From a virus (lineage: Duplodnaviria > Caudoviricetes), in the IMG/VR virus record IMGVR_UViG_3300030108_000869, positions 1-53,888 of that record: a stretch of 53,888 nucleotides of DNA, one strand, 5' to 3'. Position numbers and translations under genes: made by a program. The notes under the pieces are model-generated. The model was not told the DNA's origin. It saw only the letters and a list, made by a program, of their open reading frames with translations, and did not search any database. Positions 7,412-16,700 of the stretch are shown here, in pieces (position 1 is the stretch's first letter; every line of letters begins with the position of its first letter).

Positions 7412-7887
7412 TGATTGTAGATATCGCAATAACTAAAGATTTTATAAATCAACGTGATGCTCGCGCTGAAATATATAATCCAAGAAACAGATCATTCGAA
7501 CAATTAAAACTTGATATTGAATGTGAAGTATTTGAATGGCATATGATTGACAGAGGTACTTGGCAAGATCATATTGACTGGCAAGTTGATGGTGTTGATC
7601 AATTATATGGTAATGTAGATGTTAAGTTTATTAAAACCTGGTATAATATTCCATGTAATAAAATGATTTATTTATTAAAGCAAAGAGATTTAACAGATAA
7701 CTTTTACTTTTGTGAATGGCATGAAAGACCTCAACGATTATTAGTTGCAGGTGACATGGTTAAAGTTAATACTCTTGGTATACTAGAATACTGGGAACTA
7801 ATGGATATAATTAAACCTTCTAAATATAACGGATTTTATGCAGATATTCGTAAACATTTAGAAAGAAAGGATAAAGATGCAAACTAA
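7411..7887 (+). CDS. PD-(D/E)xK endonuclease resembling T4 endonuclease IV (DenB)
   Basis: NP..E.FE, WQVD..YGNVDVK core; C-terminal IIKPSKYNGFYADI matches recalled DenB VVRKSNYNGWYLSI. Confidence 0.6.
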   Translation: MIVDIAITKDFINQRDARAEIYNPRNRSFEQLKLDIECEVFEWHMIDRGTWQDHIDWQVDGVDQLYGNVDVKFIKTWYNIPCNKMIYLLKQRDLTDNFYFCEWHERPQRLLVAGDMVKVNTLGILEYWELMDIIKPSKYNGFYADIRKHLERKDKDAN

Positions 7888-8659
7888 ACATATGTTTGTA
7901 GATACAGATTCTATATTCTTTAAGATTGCATACAAATCTAAGAATCAATCTGAGCTACGTAAAAACTTTAATAGTTTTTGTAACAACATGATAATGGAAG
8001 TTTCTGATAAAATAATTAATCCTTTTACTGAAGAAATAAATGTTTTATACGCAGTTAAAGGTAAAGGAAACTATCGTAAAGATTTAAGTCCTGATTACAA
8101 ATCAAACCGTCCTGATCTTGATAAGAAAGTAAGAGATAAATTAAATTACTTACATAGATATTCAGTATCTAAAGGTGCTATTCAAGCAGATGGTATGGAA
8201 GCAGATGACTTAGTTTCTATATGGGCACACGAAGCTCTCGATAGAAAAGAAGAATATGTAATTTGTGGTATAGATAAAGATTTACTACAGATACCAGGTC
8301 ATCATTACAATTATGGTAAAGATACTTGGCAGCTTATTAATGAAGAAGAAGCATTACATAATCTATATATTCAATGTTTGACTGGTGATAATACAGATAA
8401 TATTCCAGGTCTAAAAGGTATTGGTCCTAAGAAAGCTCAAAAGATATTAGCTGGTGTACCATTATCAAGACAATGGAATAAAGTTAAATCTGCCTGGAAA
8501 GAACACGGAGAAACTGAAAAGCAATTAGAACTTAGTCATAAGTTATTGCGGATGCTAAAATCATGGGAAGAATATGAAGATATTAAAGCATACATTCAAG
8601 ATAAAACCGTTGTCAGCAAATCAAATGACATACAGGAACAAGTCGATAAAGTCAGCTAA
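7877..8659 (+). CDS. 5'-3' exonuclease/RNase H (T7 gp6-like)
   Basis: YKSNR, EADD, DKDL, GDNTDNIPGLKGIGPKKA. Confidence 0.92.
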   Translation: MQTKHMFVDTDSIFFKIAYKSKNQSELRKNFNSFCNNMIMEVSDKIINPFTEEINVLYAVKGKGNYRKDLSPDYKSNRPDLDKKVRDKLNYLHRYSVSKGAIQADGMEADDLVSIWAHEALDRKEEYVICGIDKDLLQIPGHHYNYGKDTWQLINEEEALHNLYIQCLTGDNTDNIPGLKGIGPKKAQKILAGVPLSRQWNKVKSAWKEHGETEKQLELSHKLLRMLKSWEEYEDIKAYIQDKTVVSKSNDIQEQVDKVS

Positions 8660-8996
8660 GTATATCGAATATCAAAATGAATTAAGAGATGAACTTCAAG
8701 GGGTCAAATGGCCCTTTGAAAAGTCTGATCAATTAGAATTTGATATTATTGCTGGTGTATCTAATAAGATGGCAGACCTAGATAATGTGGTTAAGCCACT
8801 ATTAGATACATACCAGGGTATATTTGAAGAATTTAATGACAATAAAGTTTATCATATAACATTAGATAAACAAATAGTAACTAAAGGTAATGAATATTTA
8901 TTTGTTAAAGTCGAACGATGGCCTGAACAAATACCTTTAGAAATAGTAAACGACGAAGAGTTGTTAGAAAGGACAGTACTTCATGTCAAGGTATAA
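8574..8996 (+). CDS. RusA-like Holliday junction resolvase
   Basis: KPLSAN, DLDNVVKPLLD, NDNKV. Confidence 0.8.
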   Translation: MKILKHTFKIKPLSANQMTYRNKSIKSAKYIEYQNELRDELQGVKWPFEKSDQLEFDIIAGVSNKMADLDNVVKPLLDTYQGIFEEFNDNKVYHITLDKQIVTKGNEYLFVKVERWPEQIPLEIVNDEELLERTVLHVKV

Positions 8997-10602
8997 ACAA
9001 ACAGCATGTCCCGAATGTAATTCATCAGATGCATTTACAATCTATGAAGATGGTGCATACTGTTTCTCATGTCAATACTCAACTAAGAAAGTAAACATTA
9101 TGAATGACTTAGAAACTGTTGCTGATAATAAAGATCAGCTAACATTAACCGATATATCAGAGCTAAATAGTTTTGCAATTACATCTCGTGGTATATCTAA
9201 ACAAGTTGTAGATCACTTTGGAATTAAGATGGCAGTAAATCCTGATGGTTCCGGTGGTTCACACTTCTATCCTTACACTGCTAATGGTAAGGTAACAGTA
9301 GTTGCATATAAAGAACGTAAGTTACCTAAAAACTTTATAGTACATGGTAACTTTAATAATATAGAATTGTTTGGCCAATCAGTTGCTAGCGGTGGTAAAA
9401 CACTTGTTATAACTGAAGGTGAACTAGATGCTTGTGCTATTGCACAAAGCTTTTTAGATAAATACAATAAAATATTTCCAGTAGTATCTATACCAAGTGC
9501 ATCTGGTTGTAAAGTTATACTTGAACAAAGAGAATGGATTAGACGATTTGAATCCGTAATATTATTCTTTGATAAAGATGATGCTGGGCAAGCTGCTGTA
9601 CAAAAAGTAGCTAAGATAATTGGTGCAGATAAAGTTAAAGTTGCACAGTTAACAGAGAAAGATCCTTGTGAACAATTATTAAAACATGGATCAGCTAGCT
9701 TATTACAAGCTTATTGGAACGCAGAAACCTGGTCTCCAGCTGGTATTGTAATGGGTGAAAAGATTTGGCGTGAATATATCGAAAGAAAGAACACTGAATC
9801 TATTCCATATCCTGAATGCTTAGAAGGATTAAATGAAAAACTTAAAGGAATACGTCATGGCGAAATTACTTTATTTACTTCAGGTACGGGTTCCGGTAAG
9901 AGTACAGTTGTTAAAGAGATTGTGCTTAACTTACTCGCTAAGACTACTGATAAGGTCGGTCTCATATCTCTCGAAGAATCCGTCGGAGATACCGCTGAGA
10001 AATTTATTAGCATGTACTTACAAAATAATAACTTACACGAAGAAGGTGTGTCAGAAGAGCGACAAAGACATGGATTTTCATCTGTATTTGGAACTGAAAA
10101 GCTTGTACTGCTTGACCACCAAGGTTCCGTCGGAGACGACAGTCTCATTGATAAGATTGAATATATGGCTCTTATGGGTTGTAAGTATATGGTTCTTGAC
10201 CACATTACCATCGCAGTTAGTGAGGGTAGTGAAGGGCTAAGTGGTAACGAAGCCATTGATAAAGTTATGAGTGACTTACTTAAGATAGTTAAGAAGCATA
10301 ACATATGGTTATGTTTAATATCTCATCTTAGAAAAGCTCCAGGTGGTGGCATGTCTTTTGAAGAAGGTAAGTTAGCATCCATCGATGATATTAAAGGTAG
10401 TGGTTCTATCAAACAAATATCATTTGACATAGTAGCATTTGCTAGAAACTTAGTAGCTGAAAATAGTATTGAAAGAAACACTATTAAGTTTAGAGTATTG
10501 AAATCTAGATTTACTGGTCTTACTGGTTCAGCTGGTTCTGCTACTTATGATAATAACACAGGTAGGCTTACAGCAGTAAGTCAGGAATTTAGTAGTTTAT
10601 GA
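8983..10602 (+). CDS. primase-helicase (T7 gp4-like)
   Basis: CPEC..CFSC Zn finger, TOPRIM ITEGELD/FDKDDAG, Walker A SGTGSGKST, LDHITI, KGSGSIKQ, KSRFTG. Confidence 0.95.
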   Translation: MSRYKQTACPECNSSDAFTIYEDGAYCFSCQYSTKKVNIMNDLETVADNKDQLTLTDISELNSFAITSRGISKQVVDHFGIKMAVNPDGSGGSHFYPYTANGKVTVVAYKERKLPKNFIVHGNFNNIELFGQSVASGGKTLVITEGELDACAIAQSFLDKYNKIFPVVSIPSASGCKVILEQREWIRRFESVILFFDKDDAGQAAVQKVAKIIGADKVKVAQLTEKDPCEQLLKHGSASLLQAYWNAETWSPAGIVMGEKIWREYIERKNTESIPYPECLEGLNEKLKGIRHGEITLFTSGTGSGKSTVVKEIVLNLLAKTTDKVGLISLEESVGDTAEKFISMYLQNNNLHEEGVSEERQRHGFSSVFGTEKLVLLDHQGSVGDDSLIDKIEYMALMGCKYMVLDHITIAVSEGSEGLSGNEAIDKVMSDLLKIVKKHNIWLCLISHLRKAPGGGMSFEEGKLASIDDIKGSGSIKQISFDIVAFARNLVAENSIERNTIKFRVLKSRFTGLTGSAGSATYDNNTGRLTAVSQEFSSL

Positions 10603-11039
10603 ACGAAGAAAAACAACGTAGATATGATGAATTATATTTAGATATAGCTACGAGGATAAGTTTAATGTCTCACGATACTGATCACAAGGTAGGATCAGTT
10701 ATCGTTAGAGATAATAATATACTTGCGTTTGGATTTAATGGCATGCCTACAGGTATGAATAATAACTGTAAGAATGCTAATGGTTCTACTAAACAAGAAG
10801 TTATACATGCAGAAGCTAATGCTATCTGCAAGTTAGCGAGGAGCACGGGGAGCTCTGAGGGTGCTACATTATATAGCACTCTCTCCCCTTGTGTGGAATG
10901 CGCTAAGCTCATAATGCAAAGTGGTATAACTAGAATTATATTTAGAGAAACATATAAAGATGAAGCAGGTATTTTACTACTATTAAATAATAATAAAGAA
11001 GTGAAGGGCATAAAATGGAAGGACAACTTAAGTATCTAA
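10599..11039 (+). CDS. dCMP deaminase
   Basis: VGSVIV, GFNG, HAEANAI, SPCVEC. Confidence 0.92.
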   Translation: MNEEKQRRYDELYLDIATRISLMSHDTDHKVGSVIVRDNNILAFGFNGMPTGMNNNCKNANGSTKQEVIHAEANAICKLARSTGSSEGATLYSTLSPCVECAKLIMQSGITRIIFRETYKDEAGILLLLNNNKEVKGIKWKDNLSI

Positions 11040-13204
11040 AGCATAAGATAACAAAATCTAAAGCTCATATAGCTTGTAACCTTTTAAAGGAAACTTCTTT
11101 AGAAGACTTAAAAGCATACTTAGTATTTTCAATGGATACTATTCAACAACATTTCACTCGTAATAGTATGAGAGGAAACAAATCATACCAAGGTGAAGCT
11201 AATCTTACTCATTTAAGTGTAGCTATTGGCACACATATATTAACAGAAATTAATTATAATAATGAAAAAGATGCACCTTGGGATTGGTTTAAACTTCGAG
11301 TTATGATGGGTGATTTATTTTTAGAACCATTCTATCAGACACATCAAATTAATATAGGTAAAACTAGAGATAATACATTTATACCTATAGAATCTCTTGA
11401 TAGAAGTCTTAAAAGAAGCCGAGCACATTATATAGTTGTACCTGAGAAATGGGATTTAGCTATACCAGAAGGCAGCGAAAACTTACTTAAAGGTACAGTA
11501 TTTGAAAAGCCTGAGCCTATAAATAATTTAATGCAACCTACAGGAAGACCTGTAATTAAAGGCTGGACTCTTGATAAAAGTAAACTATTTAAACCTTACT
11601 TAGCTAATAGTTTTATTAAGAGTATGAATGTGCTACAACAAACTGAATGGAAAATTAATAATAATGTTAGGGATATTTTAAATCGTAATAGAACTAAAAT
11701 ACTAAATCAATATAAAAGTTTTCCTAAGAAATATAAATCTAAAATTATAGAGTTTGATTTAACAATGGCTAGATCAAAACTTATTGGTGATAACTCATTT
11801 TATCAATATACTGAAGCAGATTATCGTGGTAGAATTTATTATACTACACCCTTCTTAAACTTTCAGGGTAACGATATAGCAAGAGGTCAAATGCTTTTTG
11901 CTAATGGTAAACAAATGAATGACAGTGGTTTAAGAAGACTTAAAATACATATAGCCTGCGCTTATAATCAAACTTATAATAAAAATAATCTTCCAAACTG
12001 GTTAACTACCGATTACATTCCTTATTTAAATGATGAAGGATTAGATGATATATCTGTAGACAAAATGAGTTTAGAAGATCGTGAAGCATGGACTGATAAT
12101 AATGTTGATATGCTATTTAATTTAGCTGACAAAGAAATTATAGATCCCAATGCTGAAAAACCTATTACTTTATTAGCAAGTATCCTAGAAATTAAAGATG
12201 CTTTAAATAAAGATGAATATATTACTTATCTTCCTATACCTATTGATGGTTCTAATAATGGTTGGCAACACTTATGTGCTATGTCAAAAGACCAGAAAGC
12301 TGGGGAGCTTGTAGGTATTGTACCTCAAGAAATTCAAAAAGATTTTTATGTACAATGTGCTAAAGATTTAATTGAAAGAGTACCAGAATGGTTTGAAGAA
12401 AGACAAATGCCAATGAAACATATACGTAAAGGTATAGCTAAACGCGGTTCAATGACTCGAGCATATAGTGCTGGAGCACAAAAGATTGCAGAGAATATGT
12501 ATCTTGACTGTCATGTGGAAGGATATTTAGATAAGTATAATATTACTAAAGAAGATTGTGAGATGCTTGCAAAGCATTTAATTAAAGCAATTGATAAAGT
12601 TTGTGCAGGTCCATTACAAACTATGAAATTTCTACAGAAGATTGCAGAAGCTGAGATAGCCTCTGAATATGCTAAGTTTATTAAACAAAAAGCAATAAAA
12701 TGGACGACACCATCAGGATTTCCTGTTGTATATGAAGCATTTGTTGAGAATGAATTCAAAGAAAAAGCTATTATAAGCTGTAGTGAACGTGCTATTAAGC
12801 CTACAATAACTAAAGAAGATGGTACTAAAGAAGAAACTGATACTATAAGAATACAACATGTAGGTAAAGAGCCTACAGATAAACCTAAGATCAGATCTTT
12901 TATGTCAGGTATCTCACCTAACTTTGTACATTCAATGGATGCAGCTCATATGGCTAAAGTTATTTCTAAATGGGGGGAAGATTTCGGCGCCGTACATGAT
13001 TCGTTTAGTGTACATGCGTGTGATGTTGATGAGTTATTACAACTTATTAAAGATCAGTTTATAGAAATGTATAGTTACCCTAACTTTTTTGAAGTAATTG
13101 AGCGTATGATTATAACAAACCCTGATAATTTTAATTATAACCAACCTAAGTTAGGAAACTTAGATATTAGAGAGGTAAATAAAAGTGAGTACTTCTTCGC
13201 ATAA
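11015..13204 (+). CDS. single-subunit T7-family RNA polymerase (729 aa)
   Basis: DYRGRIY, PIPIDGSNNGWQH (motif A), RKGIAKRGSMTRAY (B), PNFVHSMDA, VHDSF (C). Confidence 0.95.
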   Translation: MEGQLKYLKHKITKSKAHIACNLLKETSLEDLKAYLVFSMDTIQQHFTRNSMRGNKSYQGEANLTHLSVAIGTHILTEINYNNEKDAPWDWFKLRVMMGDLFLEPFYQTHQINIGKTRDNTFIPIESLDRSLKRSRAHYIVVPEKWDLAIPEGSENLLKGTVFEKPEPINNLMQPTGRPVIKGWTLDKSKLFKPYLANSFIKSMNVLQQTEWKINNNVRDILNRNRTKILNQYKSFPKKYKSKIIEFDLTMARSKLIGDNSFYQYTEADYRGRIYYTTPFLNFQGNDIARGQMLFANGKQMNDSGLRRLKIHIACAYNQTYNKNNLPNWLTTDYIPYLNDEGLDDISVDKMSLEDREAWTDNNVDMLFNLADKEIIDPNAEKPITLLASILEIKDALNKDEYITYLPIPIDGSNNGWQHLCAMSKDQKAGELVGIVPQEIQKDFYVQCAKDLIERVPEWFEERQMPMKHIRKGIAKRGSMTRAYSAGAQKIAENMYLDCHVEGYLDKYNITKEDCEMLAKHLIKAIDKVCAGPLQTMKFLQKIAEAEIASEYAKFIKQKAIKWTTPSGFPVVYEAFVENEFKEKAIISCSERAIKPTITKEDGTKEETDTIRIQHVGKEPTDKPKIRSFMSGISPNFVHSMDAAHMAKVISKWGEDFGAVHDSFSVHACDVDELLQLIKDQFIEMYSYPNFFEVIERMIITNPDNFNYNQPKLGNLDIREVNKSEYFFA

Positions 13205-13445
13205 GAAAGGAATATTACCAGTAAAATTAGGTTTACAACCTGATAATAAAACAGCATTAAAAGAATTAGGAATGGATCCATCTTTAGCAGATCAGATGAC
13301 TGACGAGCAACTAGATGAACATATAATTCAAGTAGAGCACGATCGAATAATTGAATTCTATAACGGCAAAAATATGGAAGAAGAAGGTTTGAAACGTGCA
13401 AGAGACTATAAGAACCAAGCATTAAATAAAGCTAGGTCTTTTTAA
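13185..13445 (+). CDS. hypothetical protein
   Basis: 86 aa, overlaps RNAP end, last gene before terminator. Confidence 0.7.
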   Translation: MSTSSHKKGILPVKLGLQPDNKTALKELGMDPSLADQMTDEQLDEHIIQVEHDRIIEFYNGKNMEEEGLKRARDYKNQALNKARSF

Positions 13446-13447
13446 CC

Positions 13448-13487
13448 AAAAATATCCCCGGGCTTAAAAGCTCGGGGTATTTTTTTT
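13448..13487. terminator. bidirectional intrinsic terminator between the two arms
   Basis: CCCCGGGCTT-AA-AAGCTCGGGG stem flanked by A-run and T-run. Confidence 0.85.
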
Positions 13488-13491
13488 ATTT

Positions 13492-13575
13492 TTAATATCG
13501 GCTAAACAATTTTGAAAAATCTACATAGTCATAATTAAAATCTAAAAATCTTCTCCTAAAAAATTTACTTATCAT
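13492..13575 (-). CDS. 27 aa peptide
   Basis: read manually; ATGA-coupled to upstream ORF. Confidence 0.35.
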   Translation of the reverse strand: MISKFFRRRFLDFNYDYVDFSKLFSRY

Positions 13576-13724
13576 TTTCCATTCTCACATCTACTGCAAT
13601 ATAATATATTTCCACGTTTAGATACACATCCACCACATAAATCATTCACCAAACCTGCGCCAAACATCATAGCTAGCCATAAATATACAGGAATTAAATA
13701 CCAATATGTTTTAAAGTGCCTCAT
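13572..13724 (-). CDS. 50 aa protein with TM helix and CxxC..CxxC
   Basis: read manually; GAGG RBS directly after a promoter motif. Confidence 0.6.
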   Translation of the reverse strand: MRHFKTYWYLIPVYLWLAMMFGAGLVNDLCGGCVSKRGNILYCSRCENGK

Positions 13725-13734
13725 TTGTTTTTCC

Positions 13735-13752
13735 TCTTAAAGGAGACATTTA
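13735..13752 (-). promoter_or_regulatory. phage RNAP (late) promoter candidate TAAATGTCTCCTTTAAGA
   Basis: second copy of the motif. Confidence 0.7.
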
Positions 13753-16700
13753 AGTATTATGATCTACATTAACTGTCTTCATATCGCTATCTACAATACT
13801 TCTTACAGCAGATCTTCTATCACCAATTATTTTTTCAGCACCTTTATTTCTAGCAGCTATTTGCAAAGCACTATCTATTTCTTTTATAATAGTTTTTATT
13901 TCTTTACCAGTAAGTTTATCTAAGTTAGTAGATATTTTTTTATTTAACATTTTATCTAGCTTAGCTTCAATTATTTTAGAGTCAATAAAAGATTCTCTTG
14001 ATATTCTATCATTCCATTCTGCTAAAGTTTCTTGTCTATTCCAATTATATTTACCAAAACCTAGCGCTCTAAGCATTTGTGCAATACCTTTTGAAGTTCC
14101 TGTAGCAGATCTATTAGTTTCACTTACTTCAAATAGCTCACTAATAACTTTAAATTTACTAGCCTCTTCTGTAGTATCAAATATTTCATTATCTGGTATT
14201 TTATTTAAGTCACTTTTAAATTTATTATTATAATATCCTGTAACTTTTTCTAAGAAATCTTCTTTAATTAGTGATTCTTTATGATGTTTATTTGCTTCTT
14301 TCCTAACTATATCTATAGTTCCTAAGTCTGTTAAGAAGGCATCAAAGATAGGTAGCACAAAAGTATTTGAAGCTCCATTTGATTTAGCAGCTTGTTGTAT
14401 TGCTGACCATGAATCTGTAAAAGTTCTGGTAATCATATTAGCATCAAAGCCTTGTGTTAATGCAGGTAATAATCTACCTGTAGTAAAGGCACCAGCAATT
14501 TCTGTTTCACCAAATAATCTTCTTGATGCTCCTGGGTTAGTAAGTGTTTTATATTGTTGAACTGTAACAGGCTTACCATCTAGCTCATATTGTGTAGCAG
14601 CATCTTGTAAAGAATCAGTACCAGCAATTGTAGAAAGTATTCCGGTAGGCTGCTTAATTTTCATTAATGATCCTGATATAGCAGACATAAATGCATTAGC
14701 TTTTATAAGTCTAGCTGCTGCTAATGTTTCAGGATCCATAGTTTCAAATATAGAATCAACTAATATTGTATGTAAAAATTCTACAACCTCATTAGTATTT
14801 AAGTTATGATCTCTAATCATATCTTGAATATCAGAACTCATAAATACTGCATTATCTACATGACCAACTAATGATCCAATTTCTTGACCATATCCCATAG
14901 TCATAGGAGACTTCTTTAAAAAGTTTTCTCTATCATTAATAGCAGCATCAAGTATATCTCTGTATACATCTTGATTTTCATGATTAATATAAGTAACACC
15001 TTGAGTTATTACATTAAACTTTTTTCTCATGGTATCAGCCATAGCATCTCTAAGGTCTGCATATTCACCAGACTCTACCATTTTTTCAAAGTTCTGGTCC
15101 ATTATAATACCAGATCTTTTAGCCATATTAGTACTACCTAATAATACAGCCATAGTAGAAGGACCATGAGTTTTACCATCCATTTCTAATGTAATACTTG
15201 ATTTAAAAGTTTGAGGGCTACTTGGATTTTTTAAGTTAGCTTGTTTAACTCTATGATAATCAGCCAATGCCATTAGATAATCAGCTTGTAATACAGCTTC
15301 ATCTTCATACTTTGCCAGATAAGCTTTTAAACCCTGCGTCATAGGATCTCCGCCAAATTGTTGGCCTATAGCTTGCTTAATACCTCTTACTTCACCAGGA
15401 CTTGTAGCATTTTTAAATCTAGTTAATAGTCCTTGTGCATTTTTTGTTTTGTAATTACGAGTAAGTTTAATTAATTCTTCACCCATTCCTACATATTTCA
15501 TATATAAACTATTAGCAGGATTAGTTTCAGCATTTAATTCTTCTTGTTTAAAAACTCTAATTCTTTCTTCAGGTGTTCTAGCAATACCATATTTCTTTTT
15601 AAAGTTTACGTCCATTCCAGATAACTTTGGATTTTCAAATAAGTGTGCAGACATAGCTTCAATAAAAGTTGTATCTAACTTACCTTGACCTGGAATCCAT
15701 TGATATACATTACCACTACCTACAACACTTCGAATTATTTTTTTAGCCTGAGGATTATATACAGTTTGTTGAGCATGCATTCTTCCGGTTAACGCTTGCA
15801 TAGCAAAGTTTAAATAGTTAGCTTTACCAGAGTATCTTAACATACCTTCAACAATACCTATTGCATTTTCTCTTTCAAGATTAAGAATATTAATAGGATC
15901 ATAAGCCTCTGCTTGTGCTCTTAGTGACGCTGCTTTATTAACTTTACCCTGCTGCTCAGCTCTTTCAGCAGCATTAAATAGTTTTGCTTTTTCACTAACT
16001 AAGTTTTGATATTTTTCTTTACCAATCTTAAACATATTAGCGTAGTCATCTGTTGTAGGATTAGATCTATACATAGGTTCTTGATTATCTTGTACCTTTT
16101 CAGGTCTTCCTGCGTTTGCTAATGCTAACATAAATAACATAACACTAGTAGCTTCTCTACGAGGATCATTTACAAAAGCAACTTTATTCATATTAGACAT
16201 TGCTTCAAATACTTTTGTTGTATCACCAAGATCTCCGATTTGTGTAGTAACTTTTCTAGTATAAGTTTGTCCTTCAAAAACCATTTGACCGTCTTCAGAA
16301 GGCGCTACTCCTGGAGGTACCTCTTGTCTACCAAATAAACCTGAATACATATGATATAAGTTTTCAAATATACCAGAACCTTTTGGCGTTAAAGTAAAAG
16401 TAACTTGTCCATTTTCTAATGAACGTGTAAGCATATCTGAATTAGCTTTATAATATGCTTCTTTAGCAAGATCACCTATTTGTACAAAAACATGATTAGG
16501 AATTGATTGCATATTAGCTGCATAAGTATCAGTAGGTAAACCTCTTTTATCTGCTTGCAATCTTTTATATTGTTTAAATACTTCTCTACCTAACTGAGCG
16601 CGTCCTTGAGCTTTACTATATTTAATTTGTTTAGCTACATTACCCTCAGCTAATTCAGTTTCATCCATAGCTTCAGCACTTTTATTATCTGTAGTATACA

